This document shows, piece after piece, positions 31,241 through 40,848 of a stretch of DNA of 64,000 nt. This DNA comes from Vulcanimicrobiota bacterium (lineage in GTDB: Bacteria > Vulcanimicrobiota > Vulcanimicrobiia > Vulcanimicrobiales > Vulcanimicrobiaceae). The notes beneath the pieces are model-generated. The model was not told the origin of the DNA and ran no database searches. It saw only the letters and a list, made by a program, of their open reading frames with translations. Each line of letters begins with the position of its first letter. The stretch's first letter is position 1. The position numbers were made by a program, and so were the translations under genes. The stretch covers positions 704,001 to 768,000 of the forward strand of contig OY970223.1 in assembly GCA_963714015.1 (NCBI GenBank). The letters are read 5' to 3'.

Positions 31241-31543
31241 TGGGATTTCGTCATCGCGGCGGGCTTTGTCGCCGGCCTGCTGCTTTTCGTCTTCAGTTCG
31301 GTGCTGATGCGCGCATCCAATCGGCGGGACAAACTTGGCGCGGCGAACGTTTCGTGGCCCGAGCTGGTCGACGACGACATTCAAGAGACCGATGCCGGCG
31401 TGCGTCTGGAGATGGTGGAACGGCTCGCCATGGTTCCGGGCGCCTGGAGCCGCGGCGTTTTGGAGCAAGCCCAACGCGAAGAGCGCGAAGCCGGCGTGCG
31501 ATCGGCGATCGACCGTGCGCTCGCGGCTTTGAATAACGGCTAA
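31241..31543 (+). CDS. Small membrane-anchored HEAT-like protein (paralog b; start unresolved)
   Basis: In-frame TM WDFVIAAGFVAGLLLFVFSSVLM, then NVSWPE...VRLEMVERLA...EEREAGVRSAIDRAL, parallel to NLSWTT...ARCDLIFAVA of paralog a. Confidence 0.55.
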   Translation, partial: WDFVIAAGFVAGLLLFVFSSVLMRASNRRDKLGAANVSWPELVDDDIQETDAGVRLEMVERLAMVPGAWSRGVLEQAQREEREAGVRSAIDRALAALNNG

Positions 31544-33397
31544 GGCTTCTTGTTGAAGTACTTGACCAGAATGTCGCGCGCGATCGGCGCCGCAACTTGC
31601 GAGCCGTAGCCGCCGGATCGATCGACGAATACGGCCATGGCCATCTTTGCGTGATTGGCCGGCGCGTAAGCAACGAACCAGGTCGTGTTCGGGCCGCTGC
31701 CGCCGGCCGTTTCGGCCGTCCCCGTCTTGCCGCCGTAAGGCAAACCGTCGATCGCCAAACCATACGCGGTGCCCCACGGCTCCGTCACTTGGTCCATCCC
31801 TTCGCGCACCGCTTTGAGCGCTTCTTGCGTCACCGGAACCCGGCGAACGATTTGCGGCGGAAAGGTTTTGACGACGTGTCCGCGCGGGTCACGCACTTCC
31901 GCGACGATTTGCGGTTTGTAGAGCGTGCCGCCGTTGATTACGGCCGACTCGACGTTGGCCATCTGCAGCGGCGTAGCTTGCAGCGCGCCTTGCCCGATCG
32001 CCAGACTGCAAACGTCCGAAGGCTCCAGCGGAACCCCGGCGACTTTCATCATCCATGCGTTCGTCGGATAGTTCCCTTCGAATTCGCCCGGAAGGTCGAT
32101 GCCCGTCTTGTGCCCGATGCCGAATTGATCGGCGAAGTAGCGCAGGCGCTCGTTGCGCAGCCGCCAGCCCATTTGATAGAAATAGCCGTCCGAAGAGGCG
32201 GCGAGCGCGTGGACGAATTGCGTGTTGCCCAATCCGCCGGCCGCGATGTCTTCGAATTCCGCGCCGTAACAATCCCACGCGCCGCTGTCGTAGACCGTTT
32301 CGTTCACGCGCACGACACCGGCGGTGATCGCCGCGGACCCGGTGATCATCTTGAACGTGGAGCCCGTGGGCGTGGCTGCTTGGATGGCGCGATTGAAGAG
32401 CGGCTGCGAGGAATCCAGTAGATAGTAGGCGACCTTCTTGTTGTCATCCGAGGCAAAGGCGTTCGGATCGTAGTTGGGGTAGCTCGCCATCGCGCGCACT
32501 TTACCGTTCCACGGATCCAGGATTACGACGGCGCCGCTGACTTTACGCTTTCCGCCGGTCCACGATCGAATGCCGTTTGCGAGTGCTTGCTCGGTAATCG
32601 ACTGCAGCCGCCAGTCGATGTTCAGCACCAAACTGTCGCCCGGCACGGGTTGCTTAGCCGGCAGTTTGATGCTCGGAACGACTTGGCTTTGCGCGTCCAC
32701 GACGATTCGCTGGCCGCCGGGCTGACCGCGCAAATACTTGTCGTATTCGTATTCGATGCCGTCTTTGCCGATGACGTCGTTCATCGAGTAGCCCTGCGTG
32801 CGCAGCTTTGCGTATTCGTCCGGCGTGATCTGTCCGACGTAACCGAAGATTGCCGAACCCCAGCCGCCGATAGGGATAATTGCGCACGGCCTGAGCTTCT
32901 ACGTCGACGCCCGGAAGGTCGTCCAGGATCTCGGAGAGGCGGCTCACCTGCGCAACCGTGAGATCGTTCGCGAGGATGACCGGACCGTATGGTTCGTATA
33001 CGCTGACTTCGTCGAAATTACGATAATTCACGCCGTGATGGTGCAGCAGGCGGTAACGTAATTTATTTGCCGGAACGCCGATCGTTTGCGCGATCGTGTT
33101 CAACTCCGCGTCGATGTCTTTGACTTCCGAGGGAATGAGCGCAACGAAGAACGACGGGCGGCTGCGCACGACCACTTTGCCCGTTCGGTCGTAGATGAGT
33201 CCGCGCGGGGCGTCGACCGGAATCAGGCGAACTTGATTTGCTTGCGCCGCCGCCCGGTATTGTTCGCCGCTGAGCAATTGAATCTGCACGAGGCGGAAGA
33301 CGAGCGCGATAATCGCGCAGACCGTAAAGAACGCGAAAAAGCCGACGCGCCACGGCGTGTACTCCCACCGCGGTTTCTTGCGCTGGTAACGCGTCAT
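31540..33397 (-). CDS. mrdA: Penicillin-binding protein 2; apparent frameshift near 32860
   Basis: N-terminal TM; motifs APRGLIYDR, RNYP, GKDGIE, GSTFK (SxxK), SSD and GKTG; downstream of mreCD. Confidence 0.93.
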
Positions 33398-33963
33398 CGA
33401 TTCCGGCGCTCTTCCAGACGGCGCACGATTGTCAGGGCTGCGGCGGCAAAAACTGCGTTGAAGAGCGCTTCCCACAGAGCCTCGTGCAGATGCAGCCGCG
33501 CGTACCCCGGCGGATAGCCCTGGAGCGCCATGACGATCCAAAAGATCATCCGCCGCAGCAGCGTCGCGCAAGCCACGACGCCCGTAACGACGGGAATCGA
33601 GTCTGCGAAGAACCAGCGGGTCATTCCGCACACGGCCAGAGCAGTTAGGGTCGTCGAAATCGTCCAGCCGGCACCCGTTTGGGCACTTAGAGCGTCTTCG
33701 CACAAGCCCGCAAGCAATCCAAAGATCGCCGCGCTGCGAATGTCGCTGTGCAGCGCGTACCACACGACGACGATCAGAACGACGCTCAGTTCGGCGCCGC
33801 GCATCTTGAAGTACGGCAGCACTTCGACCTGCGCGAGCAACGCTGCAACGAGGAAGAGCGCGGCGGCCCACCATACCGGCGCAGCGATCGGCGTCTCGGA
33901 CGGCGGCCCGGTGCGCGTATTGATGCGTACGCCGGTAGGTTCGTTACTTCGGAAGGACGACAA
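33394..33963 (-). CDS. mreD: Rod shape-determining protein MreD (start uncertain)
   Basis: Multi-TM protein with FGLLAGLCED, located between mreC and mrdA. Confidence 0.85.
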   Translation of the reverse strand: MSSFRSNEPTGVRINTRTGPPSETPIAAPVWWAAALFLVAALLAQVEVLPYFKMRGAELSVVLIVVVWYALHSDIRSAAIFGLLAGLCEDALSAQTGAGWTISTTLTALAVCGMTRWFFADSIPVVTGVVACATLLRRMIFWIVMALQGYPPGYARLHLHEALWEALFNAVFAAAALTIVRRLEERRNR

Positions 33964-34750
33964 CGCGATCGAGGCGGGAAAAGTCCACCGCCGGTTTGAG
34001 CACGGCCGTTTGATAAAGGCTGGCGTCGCTGCGTTCGATTGCCGTGACCGTTCCGATCAGCGCTCCGGAATGGAACGATCGCGCTTCGCCGGTGACGACC
34101 CGGTAACCGATGCGCAACGGCGCATCTTGCGAAACGTAATCCAGGCGGATGCTCGTCTGATTGCCCTTGGCCACCCCCCAATAGCGTCCGCGCTGGACGA
34201 TCGCGGGAATGGTCGTGGTGAAGTCCGTTACGAGGGCGACCTTCGCGGTGAACGGACCCGCCTCGACGACGCGCCCGACCACGCCGCCCGCGGCCAGCAC
34301 GCCGTCGTCGCGGGTGACGCCCGAGCGTGTGCCTTTGTCGATAGTGACGCTTTGAACATCGCCCTCCGGCGGAAAGCCGATGACGCGCGCCTCAATCGAC
34401 CGCGGATATTCGGCAAGCTGCGGCGCGATTGCCCCATCCTGCTGGTAGGCCGCAACCAGCTCGTGCAGGCGCGCATTCTCTTGCTCCAGCTGCAGATTAC
34501 GGGACCACAATGCGGCGTTGGATCTTTTAAGCGAGGGGAGGCTCGCAAGCCCTTGAACGCCGCCGCGCACCGCGTCAACGGCGATCGAGAGCGCTTCTTC
34601 GACTCCCAAGCCGGCGGTCGTCACGGCCGAGGAGACGGGGCTCGAGGTGCCCGACCTGGCGGCGCTGACCTGCATCAAGGCAACGAGCGCCGTAACGATG
34701 ATCACTGCGATCACCGCGAAAAGTCGCCGTTCGTCCCGGTACGTGAAAAT
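33944..34750 (-). CDS. mreC: Rod shape-determining protein MreC (start ATT 34750 or GTG 34714)
   Basis: TM, coiled coil (LEQENARL), ARVIG, TIDKG, GVVGRV and VLKPAVDFSRL. Confidence 0.92.
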   Translation of the reverse strand: MFTYRDERRLFAVIAVIIVTALVALMQVSAARSGTSSPVSSAVTTAGLGVEEALSIAVDAVRGGVQGLASLPSLKRSNAALWSRNLQLEQENARLHELVAAYQQDGAIAPQLAEYPRSIEARVIGFPPEGDVQSVTIDKGTRSGVTRDDGVLAAGGVVGRVVEAGPFTAKVALVTDFTTTIPAIVQRGRYWGVAKGNQTSIRLDYVSQDAPLRIGYRVVTGEARSFHSGALIGTVTAIERSDASLYQTAVLKPAVDFSRLDRVVVLPK

Positions 34751-34765
34751 AGTTCTTGCCGTCGA

Positions 34766-35384
34766 TTAGTACGAGTTGCCGTCGTACTTCGTTATCGGCA
34801 ATGAAAATCCCAACCGGCGGAGCGTCCGGACAAACCGGGAGAGCGGGAAGCCCATAATCGTGTAAAAGTCGCCGTCCACGCGCTCGACGAGCGTGGCTCC
34901 GTAGCCCTGAATTCCGTAGGCGCCGGCTTTGTCCATCGGTTCGCCGCTTTGCACGTATGCATCGATCTCCGCTTGCTCCAATTCGTAAAACGTGACCGAC
35001 GTCGTCTCACAGTGCTCGATGAATCTCTCGCGTGTCCGGCAGCGCGAGCGCAAACGCCGTATGCACCAAATGCGAGCGTCCGGAGAGATCGTGCAGCATG
35101 CGGGCCGCGTCTTGCGCATCGGCCGGCTTATTATAAGCCGTGCCGTCTACGTCGACGACCGTATCCGCCGCAACGACGATCTCCCGGCCGGCGAGCCGGC
35201 CGCGCACGTCCCGGCATTTATGCACTGCGTGCAGCATGGCGAGTTGCTTCGGAGTGAGATCGGGATGCTCCGGCTCGGCGTACGCACTTACTGCGACGCG
35301 CACGTCCAGGTGCAGAGACCGAAGCAGCTCCAAGCGGCGCGGCGACGCGGACGCGAGCACGATGTTATTGATAGCGACGCCCAT
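34766..35384 (-). CDS. maf: Maf-family nucleotide pyrophosphatase; apparent frameshift near 35040
   Basis: Motifs [21 protein letters not shown] and [13 protein letters not shown]. Confidence 0.92.
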
Positions 35385-35775
35385 CGGCCTCGATATATCC
35401 GGCGAGATGACGTCCCGCCGGATCGTGATGCGTCCAATGAATGACGAGATCGTCGCATTCCAGCTGCCCCAGCAGCGAAATGCGCTCGCCGCGGTGCAGC
35501 GGGATTACGCCGCCGATCGACGCGTTGTCTTCGACCAGTATCGTTTGGCCTTGGGCACTAAACGTGAAACCTTCGTGCGCTCCGCTTTGCGACTCGCGAA
35601 CTCCCAAAACGCTGCGCACGACCGCTGACGGTACGTAGACCTCAACGTGACGGGCCGCACTCGGATTGCCGGCACAGTACGTTATCCCGCTTGACAGCGT
35701 CGTCGATCCGTTACCGCAGCCTGCGATTGCGAAGAGCGACAACGCAGCGGCCGCACTACCTTTGAACTTCGACAC
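35365..35775 (-). CDS. Putative lipoprotein, DUF3465-like
   Basis: Lipobox IAGC; C-terminal VIHWTHHDP..RH..GYI resembles the HWTH motif of DUF3465. Confidence 0.65.
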   Translation of the reverse strand: MSKFKGSAAAALSLFAIAGCGNGSTTLSSGITYCAGNPSAARHVEVYVPSAVVRSVLGVRESQSGAHEGFTFSAQGQTILVEDNASIGGVIPLHRGERISLLGQLECDDLVIHWTHHDPAGRHLAGYIEADGRRYQ

Positions 35776-36367
35776 CGTACAGACGCTGAGCGGCGATGTA
35801 ATTCCAAACGGGATCGGGCACCAGATAGCGCACGGACTTGCCTTGCGCGAGCAGCGTCCGCACGAGCGTTGCGCTCTCCGGCATCTCAGGCAGATTCAGT
35901 GTCTTTACTCGCGTCCGCAACGCGGGCGGAACCGCCGCCAGAACGCGCGCGACTGCTTCCGCGCTGATACCCGCGCGAGGCGCGATGACGAAGGATTCCA
36001 ACGATTCCAGAACTTGCTCGAATCGGACCCAAGCGTTGCTTGCCAGCGAATCGGCGCCGGTGATGAACGTCAGCGTGGAACCGGGATATCGCGCGTGAAG
36101 TTTCGGCAGCAAATCGGCGGTAAAACCGCTGGACTGGGGACGCAGGTCCGTATCGTCGATTCCGAAGTGCGCGTTGGAATCGATTGCGCCCAGAATCATC
36201 GCGCAGCGATGTTCGGGCAAGGCTTCCGGTTTGCTGCGATAATGCACGTTGTTGGTCGGAACGAACAGTACGCGGTCCAGTCCCTCCATCAGACGAGCCG
36301 ATTCGGCCACGAAGAGATGCACGTTATGAATCGGATCGAACGTGCCGCCGAAAATACCTAGCCGCAT
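35756..36367 (-). CDS. nadD: Nicotinate-nucleotide adenylyltransferase
   Basis: Motifs GIFGGTFDPIHNVH, FITGADS, SATLVR and YLVPDPV; follows obgE. Confidence 0.92.
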   Translation of the reverse strand: MRLGIFGGTFDPIHNVHLFVAESARLMEGLDRVLFVPTNNVHYRSKPEALPEHRCAMILGAIDSNAHFGIDDTDLRPQSSGFTADLLPKLHARYPGSTLTFITGADSLASNAWVRFEQVLESLESFVIAPRAGISAEAVARVLAAVPPALRTRVKTLNLPEMPESATLVRTLLAQGKSVRYLVPDPVWNYIAAQRLYGVEVQR

Positions 36368-36378
36368 GCGATCACCGG

Positions 36379-37641
36379 TTAACTATACTCAAATTCATAA
36401 GGACCGATGCGCACCGTGTCGCCTTCGCGTGCGCCCATTTCGCGCAGTTTCTTATCGACGCCCATCTTTGCCAGAATCTGCTCGAAACGCGCAAGTCCTT
36501 CATCGGAGTCGAAATTCGTCATCGCGGCCAAACGTTCGACGCGTTCGCCGGCGATCACGAATGCTTCGTCCTGCTTGCTGATCGTGAACGGTTCGCTGGG
36601 GCGCAGATGGATCCGAGCGGGTTCGGCCGCGGCGATCTCGGGAACCGGCGTTTCTTGGATCGTGCGCCAAGCGGCATAGACGAGATCCTGAACTCCCTCG
36701 CCCGTTGCCGAACTGATGCCGCGAAGTTCAGGGAACTCTTCGCGCAATTCGTTCAATCGATCGCGCGCTTGCGGAAGATCCAATTTCGAAACGGCGAGCA
36801 TCACCGGCTTGCGCGTGAGCTCCTCGTTCCATGCAGCCAGCTCGTTCTCGATGATCGCCTTGTCGTGGAGAATCTCGGTGGTGCTCTTAGCGCCGTCGAG
36901 CAGGTGAATCAGCACGCGCGTTCGCTCCACGTGGCGCAGAAATTGATCGCCGAGGCCGGCCCCAAGGTGAGCGCCTTCGATGAGCCCGGGGACGTCGACC
37001 ATCACGAACGACTCCTCCTCGGAGACGCGTACAACGCCAAGCTGCGGCTCGAGCGTCGTGAACGGATAGTCGGCAATTTTGGGACGTGCGGCCGAAACGA
37101 CGGAGAGCAGCGTCGATTTGCCTGCATTCGGCAAGCCGATGATGCCGCAGTCGGCAAGCAGCCGCAACTCCAAGCGCAGTGACGCGCGCTCGCCCGGCTC
37201 TCCTTTTTCCGCGAACCGCGGCGCTTGCCGCGTGCTCGTCGCAAAATGCTGATTGCCCAGGCCGCCCCGGCCGCCTTTGGCGACCAAGAGGCGCTCGCCG
37301 GCCGTGCGCAGGTCGGAGAGAAAGGCCTCGGGCTGATCCTCGAGCGTGCGGTACACCAGTGTTCCCACGGGCACAAAGACGATCAGGTCTTCACCGCTGC
37401 GTCCCGACTTGTTCGACGTACCGCCGGCTTTGCCGGGCGGCGCCGCGAATTGGCGTTTGTAGCGAAACTCGACGAGCGTCGAGAGCTCGGGCGATGCCTC
37501 GAGATAGACGGAACCGCCGTGGCCGCCGTCGCCCCCCGCCGGGCCGCCCTTGGGAATGTACTTTTCGCGGCGCCATGCGACGATGCCGTCGCCACCGTTG
37601 CCGGCTGCGATCGTAATGGTTGCTTCGTCTATGAATTGCAC
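36379..37641 (-). CDS. obgE: GTPase ObgE/CgtA
   Basis: FIDEA, Gly-rich Obg fold, GLPNAGKST, YPFTT, DVPGLIEGA and a C-terminal OCT domain. Confidence 0.97.
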   Translation of the reverse strand: MQFIDEATITIAAGNGGDGIVAWRREKYIPKGGPAGGDGGHGGSVYLEASPELSTLVEFRYKRQFAAPPGKAGGTSNKSGRSGEDLIVFVPVGTLVYRTLEDQPEAFLSDLRTAGERLLVAKGGRGGLGNQHFATSTRQAPRFAEKGEPGERASLRLELRLLADCGIIGLPNAGKSTLLSVVSAARPKIADYPFTTLEPQLGVVRVSEEESFVMVDVPGLIEGAHLGAGLGDQFLRHVERTRVLIHLLDGAKSTTEILHDKAIIENELAAWNEELTRKPVMLAVSKLDLPQARDRLNELREEFPELRGISSATGEGVQDLVYAAWRTIQETPVPEIAAAEPARIHLRPSEPFTISKQDEAFVIAGERVERLAAMTNFDSDEGLARFEQILAKMGVDKKLREMGAREGDTVRIGPYEFEYS

Positions 37642-37660
37642 GCCGGAGTTCTTTTCCTTG

Positions 37661-37690
37661 AAAATGCAAAGAGGACCCTGAGGTCCTCTT
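37661..37690 (-). terminator. Intrinsic terminator-like hairpin between rpmA and obgE
   Basis: Minus strand AAGAGGACC-TCAG-GGTCCTCTT followed by TGCATTTT. Confidence 0.6.
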
Positions 37691-37711
37691 CTAAATCCGG
37701 CCGGCGCGCTC

Positions 37712-37993
37712 TTAGGCAGCCGACGCGCGAACGTGCACGTGCTTGCGGTTGCGGTGCGTCGCGAACTCAACGGTTCCGTCGCTCAGTGCAAAGAGCGTAT
37801 GATCTTTGCCGATCCCGACGTTCTGGCCGGGATAAAACCGCGTACCGCGCTGACGAATGAGGATATTGCCCGCCAGAACGCTCTGGCCGCCGAACTTCTT
37901 GACGCCCAGGCGCTGGGCGTTCGAATCACGGCCGTTACGCGTGGAACCGGCGCCCTTCTTGGACGCAAAGAGCTGAAGATCAAAACGGAACAT
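37712..37993 (-). CDS. rpmA: 50S ribosomal protein L27 with N-terminal extension
   Basis: [42 protein letters not shown]. Confidence 0.97.
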   Translation of the reverse strand: MFRFDLQLFASKKGAGSTRNGRDSNAQRLGVKKFGGQSVLAGNILIRQRGTRFYPGQNVGIGKDHTLFALSDGTVEFATHRNRKHVHVRASAA

Positions 37994-38002
37994 AGCCGCA
38001 AT

Positions 38003-38031
38003 ACCATACCAGAGGGCCGCCCGTGCGTCAA
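38003..38031 (-). promoter_or_regulatory. sigma70 promoter of rpmA-obgE (near-leaderless)
   Basis: TTGACG, 17-nt spacer, TATGGT with TG extension, ending 9 nt before the ATG; no SD. Confidence 0.7.
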
Positions 38032-38783
38032 ATTCGACCGGCGGTGCCGGAGGCGATGCCGGCCCGGCGCAGCGCCTGCGTGAATTGGCTCAGATCCCAA
38101 TCTCCGCGGACCCGGACTCGGGTGAGTTCTCGCATGTCTCCGGCATGGATGACGTATCGGCGATCCGTGGTGACCGCCATGGGAACGCCGGCCTTCTCCA
38201 CCAGATACAGCGTCTCCAGATTGAAGCGGCCGGAAGGGTAGGCGTAGGAATCGACCGGCACCTTCAGGCGCGAGCGAAGCAACGCCACGGAATCGTCGAT
38301 TTGGGCCGCCTGCATCGCGCCGGGCATCTGCGAAAGGTCGTCATGATCCATGCCGTGGGCTGCGATGTCCATGCCGCCGGAAGCCATCGCGCGCAGCTGA
38401 GGCCAAGTGAGGTGCAGGGGGCGCCCGATCGTATGTCCGACGATATAGAAGGTCGCGCTTGCTCCGTTTTTGCGAAGGATAGGGAGCGCATAGCGATACT
38501 GGTCCCGATAGCCGTCGTCGAACGTCACGACGACCGTGCGGCCGGTCTCGCGCCCTGCGAGGAGGCGCCGGTACAGTTGCTCCATGCTGATAACGGAAAG
38601 CCCCAGCGAACGCAGGTACGCGATTTGCTGCTCGAAAGCGCGCGGCGAGACCGTGAGGGTGCGTCCGACCGCATCGCCCGGACGGTCCACGTCGACGCGG
38701 TGATACATCAGAATTGGGGGCGGAGCAAACGCCCCCGGGAGGGGCTTTGCGAGCAGCGCGGCCAGCACTGTTGCGTGCAGCAT
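38028..38783 (-). CDS. Polysaccharide deacetylase (CE4/NodB, IcaB/PgaB-like)
   Basis: Motifs PILMYH, VTFDDG, HGMDH and YAYPSG. Confidence 0.88.
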   Translation of the reverse strand: MLHATVLAALLAKPLPGAFAPPPILMYHRVDVDRPGDAVGRTLTVSPRAFEQQIAYLRSLGLSVISMEQLYRRLLAGRETGRTVVVTFDDGYRDQYRYALPILRKNGASATFYIVGHTIGRPLHLTWPQLRAMASGGMDIAAHGMDHDDLSQMPGAMQAAQIDDSVALLRSRLKVPVDSYAYPSGRFNLETLYLVEKAGVPMAVTTDRRYVIHAGDMRELTRVRVRGDWDLSQFTQALRRAGIASGTAGRI

Positions 38784-38839
38784 CGCCTCAAGTGTTCGCA
38801 AGAGGGACCCGAGGGGACCCGCCGTAACCAAGGGACGTT

Positions 38840-40084
38840 TTGAACAAGCGACGTGTCGTCGTCACCGGGCTGGGAGCGGTGACGCCCTTGGGAAATACCA
38901 AGGACGAATTCTGGCGCCGGCTCATCTCCGGCGAGAGCGGAGTCGGGCCGATCACCACCTTCGACAGCAGTGACTTCGCCACTCGGTTCGCCGCGGAGGT
39001 GAAGGACTTCGACGCTGAGGCGTTGCTCGGCAAGCGCGAATCCCGCCGTATGGACCGCTACTCGCATTTGGCGCTGGCTGCAGCCAAGGAAGCGATCGAG
39101 GATGCGAACTTGCCTCTTGACGAGCCGGGATTGCTGGAAACCTCCGGCGCGATCATCGCGACTGGCATCGGCGGCATCTTGACCTTCTGGAGCAGTGCCG
39201 AAAAAGCCAAGCGCGACGGCACTTGGTCGAAAGTCACGCCGTTCTTCATTCCGATGCTGATGGCCAATGCGGCCTCGGCGCAGATCTCGATGCAGTTCGG
39301 TTTTCGGGGACCGCTGTTCGCTGTTTCGAGCGCGTGCGCGAGCGGAAACGACGCCATCGTCACGGCGTACAAATATGTCGCTGATGGAGAGGCGCCCCTG
39401 ATGATCGCGGGCGGAAGCGAGGCAACGATTTCGCCGCTGGCCGTCGGCGGGTTCTGCTCGATGAAAGCGCTGTCGACGCGCAACGACGATCCGCAGCGCG
39501 CGAGCCGCCCTTTCGACAAGGAACGCGACGGTTTCGTGCTGGGCGAGGGCGCAGGTATTTTAATACTCGAGGACTACGAACATGCCAAGGCGCGCGGCGC
39601 GCACGTCTATTGCGAGATGTACGGCTACGGTCAGTCTGCCGACGCCTATAATCTGGTCGCGCCGGATCCGGAGAGCAAAGGCGTGGAGCTCGCGCTGCAG
39701 CGCGCAATCAAGCACGCGAACGTGAAGCCCTCCGAAATCCATTACATCAACGCCCACGGAACCTCGACGCCGCAAGGCGACGTGGCCGAGTCACAGGCAA
39801 TCGAACGCATTTTCGGCGCGGGCACGAGCGTTGCCGTGAGCTCGACCAAGTCGATGCACGGCCACGCCCTGGGTGCCGCCGGCGGCATTGAAGGCGTAGC
39901 GACCGTGCTTGCGGTCGAGACCGACACGATGCCGCCCACGATCAACTACGAAGTGCCCGATCCGGACTGCATGCTGGACTACGTCCCCAACGTCGCGCGA
40001 AAGGCACCCGTCGACGTCGCGCTTTCGAACTCGTTTGGATTCGGCGGCCACAATAGCGTCCTGGTCTTCGGCAAAGTACGATAA
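38840..40084 (+). CDS. fabF: Beta-ketoacyl-ACP synthase II
   Basis: Motifs RRVVVTGLG, SACASG, NAHGTST, GHALGAAG and SNSFGFGGHN. Confidence 0.96.
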   Translation: MNKRRVVVTGLGAVTPLGNTKDEFWRRLISGESGVGPITTFDSSDFATRFAAEVKDFDAEALLGKRESRRMDRYSHLALAAAKEAIEDANLPLDEPGLLETSGAIIATGIGGILTFWSSAEKAKRDGTWSKVTPFFIPMLMANAASAQISMQFGFRGPLFAVSSACASGNDAIVTAYKYVADGEAPLMIAGGSEATISPLAVGGFCSMKALSTRNDDPQRASRPFDKERDGFVLGEGAGILILEDYEHAKARGAHVYCEMYGYGQSADAYNLVAPDPESKGVELALQRAIKHANVKPSEIHYINAHGTSTPQGDVAESQAIERIFGAGTSVAVSSTKSMHGHALGAAGGIEGVATVLAVETDTMPPTINYEVPDPDCMLDYVPNVARKAPVDVALSNSFGFGGHNSVLVFGKVR

Positions 40085-40087
40085 ATC

Positions 40088-40786
40088 GTGGCCGGCGAGA
40101 ACCGTCGGCGCCGTTTGCGCGCCCTGCTCGATCGCGCCGGAGTTTCCGGCGGCGCGTTGGAGCGTATCGATGCTGCGTTCATACACGAAAGCGCCGCCAA
40201 AGAAGAGCTGCTCGACTCGAACGAGCGGCTGGAGTTCTTGGGCGACGCCGTCCTGGGGCTGGTCGTAGCCGGCTGGCTCTATAAGATGTATGCGGACGAT
40301 CGCGAGGGCGCGCTCGCAAAACGGAAAGCGGCAATGGTCGCCGATGCAGCGATTGCAAAGACCGCCAAGTCGCTTGGCTTTGCCGAGATGCTGCGGGTCG
40401 GAGCGGGCGAACGCGCGCACGGCGGCGCGCAGCGGAGTTCGATTCTGGCCGATGCATTCGAAGCTTTCGTTGCGACGCTCTATCTGGAGCACGGATTCGA
40501 GGTTGCCCAGCGGTTTATCGTCGACGAGCACATCGCCACGTTCGATCACGAACTCGCCGCAATGGCCGATGCCAAGACGCGATTGCAGGAGCTCACCCAG
40601 GCGCACCTCGCCTGCACGCCGGTCTATTCCGAGAAGGCCGAGGGACCCGCGCACGAACGCGTGTTCACTTCGCAGGTCAGCGTCAATGAGGAGACCCTCG
40701 GAACGGGCACCGGCCCGTCGAAGAAGGCGGCTCAACAGAACGCCGCTGCCCAAGCGCTTAGGATCTTACAGGCACGACTTCAATGA
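40088..40786 (+). CDS. rnc: Ribonuclease III
   Basis: Motifs NERLEFLGDAVL and ADAFEA; dsRBD (KTRLQE...GPSKKAAQQNAA). Confidence 0.96.
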   Translation: MAGENRRRRLRALLDRAGVSGGALERIDAAFIHESAAKEELLDSNERLEFLGDAVLGLVVAGWLYKMYADDREGALAKRKAAMVADAAIAKTAKSLGFAEMLRVGAGERAHGGAQRSSILADAFEAFVATLYLEHGFEVAQRFIVDEHIATFDHELAAMADAKTRLQELTQAHLACTPVYSEKAEGPAHERVFTSQVSVNEETLGTGTGPSKKAAQQNAAAQALRILQARLQ

Positions 40787-40848
40787 ACTTTATGGAATCT
40801 CACCGGCGCTACGATGACCGGCCCGAAGCGGAGTCCCTTTCAAAGTGA
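40783..40848 (+). repeat. Short member of the intergenic element family; 21-aa mini-ORF bridging rnc and smc
   Basis: ATG overlaps the rnc stop; MNFMESHRRYDDRPEAESLSK; TGA overlaps the smc GTG. The 3' end GCGGAGTCCCTTTCAAAGTG resembles the gyrB element end GCGGAGCGCCTTTCAGAGTG. Confidence 0.55.
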
